Source: Vicinamibacterales bacterium (GTDB taxonomy: Bacteria > Acidobacteriota > Vicinamibacteria > Vicinamibacterales > CAVVIG01). From it: 64,000 nucleotides of DNA. The notes under the pieces were generated by a model, which was given only the letters and a program-made list of their open reading frames with translations, was not told the origin of the DNA and did not search any database. The position numbers and the translations under genes are program-made. Shown piece by piece: positions 62,960-64,000 of the stretch. The stretch's first letter is position 1; every line of letters starts with the position of its first letter. Where the stretch lies: the NCBI GenBank assembly GCA_036268855.1, contig DATATJ010000173.1, positions 30,237 through 94,236 on the forward strand. The letters run 5' to 3'.

Positions 62960-63850
62960 ATGCCGGAGCTCCCCGACGTTGTCGTCTACACCGAAGCGCT
63001 GACGCGATACGTCGCTGGTCAGCGGCTCGACCGCGTGCGGCTGTTCAGTCCGTTCGTGCTTCGCACCGTCGATCCGCCGCTCGACGCGATTGCCGGCCGG
63101 GCCGTGCGCGACGTGAGCCGCGTCGGCAAACGTCTCGTCATCGCCTTCGACGACGACCTGTTCCTCGTGATCCACCTGATGATCGCCGGCCGGCTGCGAT
63201 GGCGCGAGCCCGGCCGGAAGCCCGGCATGGGCCCGAAGATGATCCTCGCGTCGTTCGATTTTCCTGCGGGGACGCTTTTTTTCACGGAGGCGAGCACGAA
63301 GAAGCGCGCGTCCCTCCGGCTGGTGCGCGGCCGCTCGGGCGTCGCCGCGCTCGATCCCGGAGGGCTCGAACCGCTCGACGCGACGATCGATCAATTTTAC
63401 GAGGCGCTGACGCGCGAGCAGCACACGCTGAAGCGCGCGCTCACCGACCCGCACCTGTTCAGCGGCATCGGCAACGCGTACTCTGACGAAATCCTGCATG
63501 CGGCCCGGCTCTCGCCGCTGGCGTTGACGCGGTCGCTCTCGCACGAGGAGACGGTGCGCCTGTTCGAAGCCACTCCGGCAACGCTCACGCGGTGGATCGA
63601 TCGGCTGCGCGCGGAAACCGGCGGAGGGTTCCCGGAGAAAGTCACCGCGTTCCATTCCGACATGGCCGTTCACGGCCGGTTCAGGCAGCCCTGTCCCGTC
63701 TGCGGCTCACCCGTGCAGCACATCGTCTACGCGGCGAACGAGTGCAACTACTGCGCGACGTGCCAGACCGGCGGACGCCTCCTGGCGGACCGGGCGCTGT
63801 CGCGCCTGCTGCGAGAGGACTGGCCCAGGCGCCTCGACGAGAACCGGTGA
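62960..63850 (+). CDS. Fpg/Nei-family DNA glycosylase/AP lyase
   Basis: 296 aa. N-terminal MPELPDV (catalytic Pro2/Glu3), H2TH region, C-terminal zinc finger CPVCGSPV...CNYCATCQ. Confidence 0.9.
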   Translation: MPELPDVVVYTEALTRYVAGQRLDRVRLFSPFVLRTVDPPLDAIAGRAVRDVSRVGKRLVIAFDDDLFLVIHLMIAGRLRWREPGRKPGMGPKMILASFDFPAGTLFFTEASTKKRASLRLVRGRSGVAALDPGGLEPLDATIDQFYEALTREQHTLKRALTDPHLFSGIGNAYSDEILHAARLSPLALTRSLSHEETVRLFEATPATLTRWIDRLRAETGGGFPEKVTAFHSDMAVHGRFRQPCPVCGSPVQHIVYAANECNYCATCQTGGRLLADRALSRLLREDWPRRLDENR

Positions 63851-63867
63851 ACCTCCAGCCCGGCTTG

Positions 63868-63894
63868 CATCCGTAAATCTACGGATGTAGATTT
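63868..63894. promoter_or_regulatory. two overlapping 8-4-8 palindromes upstream of the ArsR-family gene (operator and/or fpg terminator)
   Basis: CATCCGTA-AATC-TACGGATG (63868-63887) and AAATCTAC-GGAT-GTAGATTT (63875-63894). Both arm pairs are perfect. Confidence 0.5.
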
Positions 63895-63900
63895 ATAGAT

Positions 63901-64000
63901 ATGAAGCAGGCCTCCGCCGTGTATCGGCTGCTCGGCGACGAGGCGCGCCTGCGCCTGCTGCGCGTGCTGGCGAACGAGCGGCTGAACGTGACGGAGCTGA
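63901..64000 (+). CDS. ArsR/SmtB-family transcriptional regulator, N-terminal part (3' end outside window)
   Basis: ATG at 63901. MKQASAVYRLLGDEARLRLLRVLANERLNVTEL matches the ArsR HTH start. Confidence 0.7.
   Translation, partial: MKQASAVYRLLGDEARLRLLRVLANERLNVTEL

Overview
High-GC (by eye about two-thirds G+C) bacterial chromosomal segment. It is densely coded, with many 4-nt ATGA start/stop overlaps. I found no rRNA, tRNA, CRISPR array, integrase or transposase. Gene content suggests an Acidobacteriota-like organism (inference only): an ADOP-type orphan FtsX permease, an Oar-like TonB-dependent receptor with a CarboxypepD_reg N-terminus, and several secreted peptidases. About 55 CDS are supported. 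They include a near-complete his operon (hisI-G-D-C-B-H-F-A), ada, ahcY, an Fpg/Nei glycosylase, 2-oxoacid dehydrogenase E1 alpha/beta, and a TetR-controlled YbhGFSR-like ABC efflux operon with an embedded TolC gene. The main candidate for a new system is a ~10-12 kb translationally coupled minus-strand operon (about 30.5/32.5-42.4 kb). It encodes a 1285-aa fusion protein (clan GH-A-like hydrolase, GT2 synthase, multi-TM region, six NHL repeats), an MsbA-like exporter, two GT-B glycosyltransferases, an LmbE/PIG-L deacetylase and a Trm112-fused methyltransferase. This looks like machinery for an uncharacterised glucosamine-containing membrane glycoconjugate or exopolymer. Other findings:
- A hand-traceable His-codon leader peptide plus alternative-hairpin attenuator upstream of hisI.
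- A B12-radical-SAM / DegT aminotransferase / DedA operon.
- A REP-like family of CACGAAG-triplet hairpins.
- A telomere-like C4A3T repeat that is G-free for 66 nt.
- A double TTACG-N8-CGTAA operator over the start of a P-loop ATPase gene.
- Tandem paralogous secreted proteins.
- Two small ORFs below the track cutoff.
All functional calls rest on motif recognition by eye. No database search was run.
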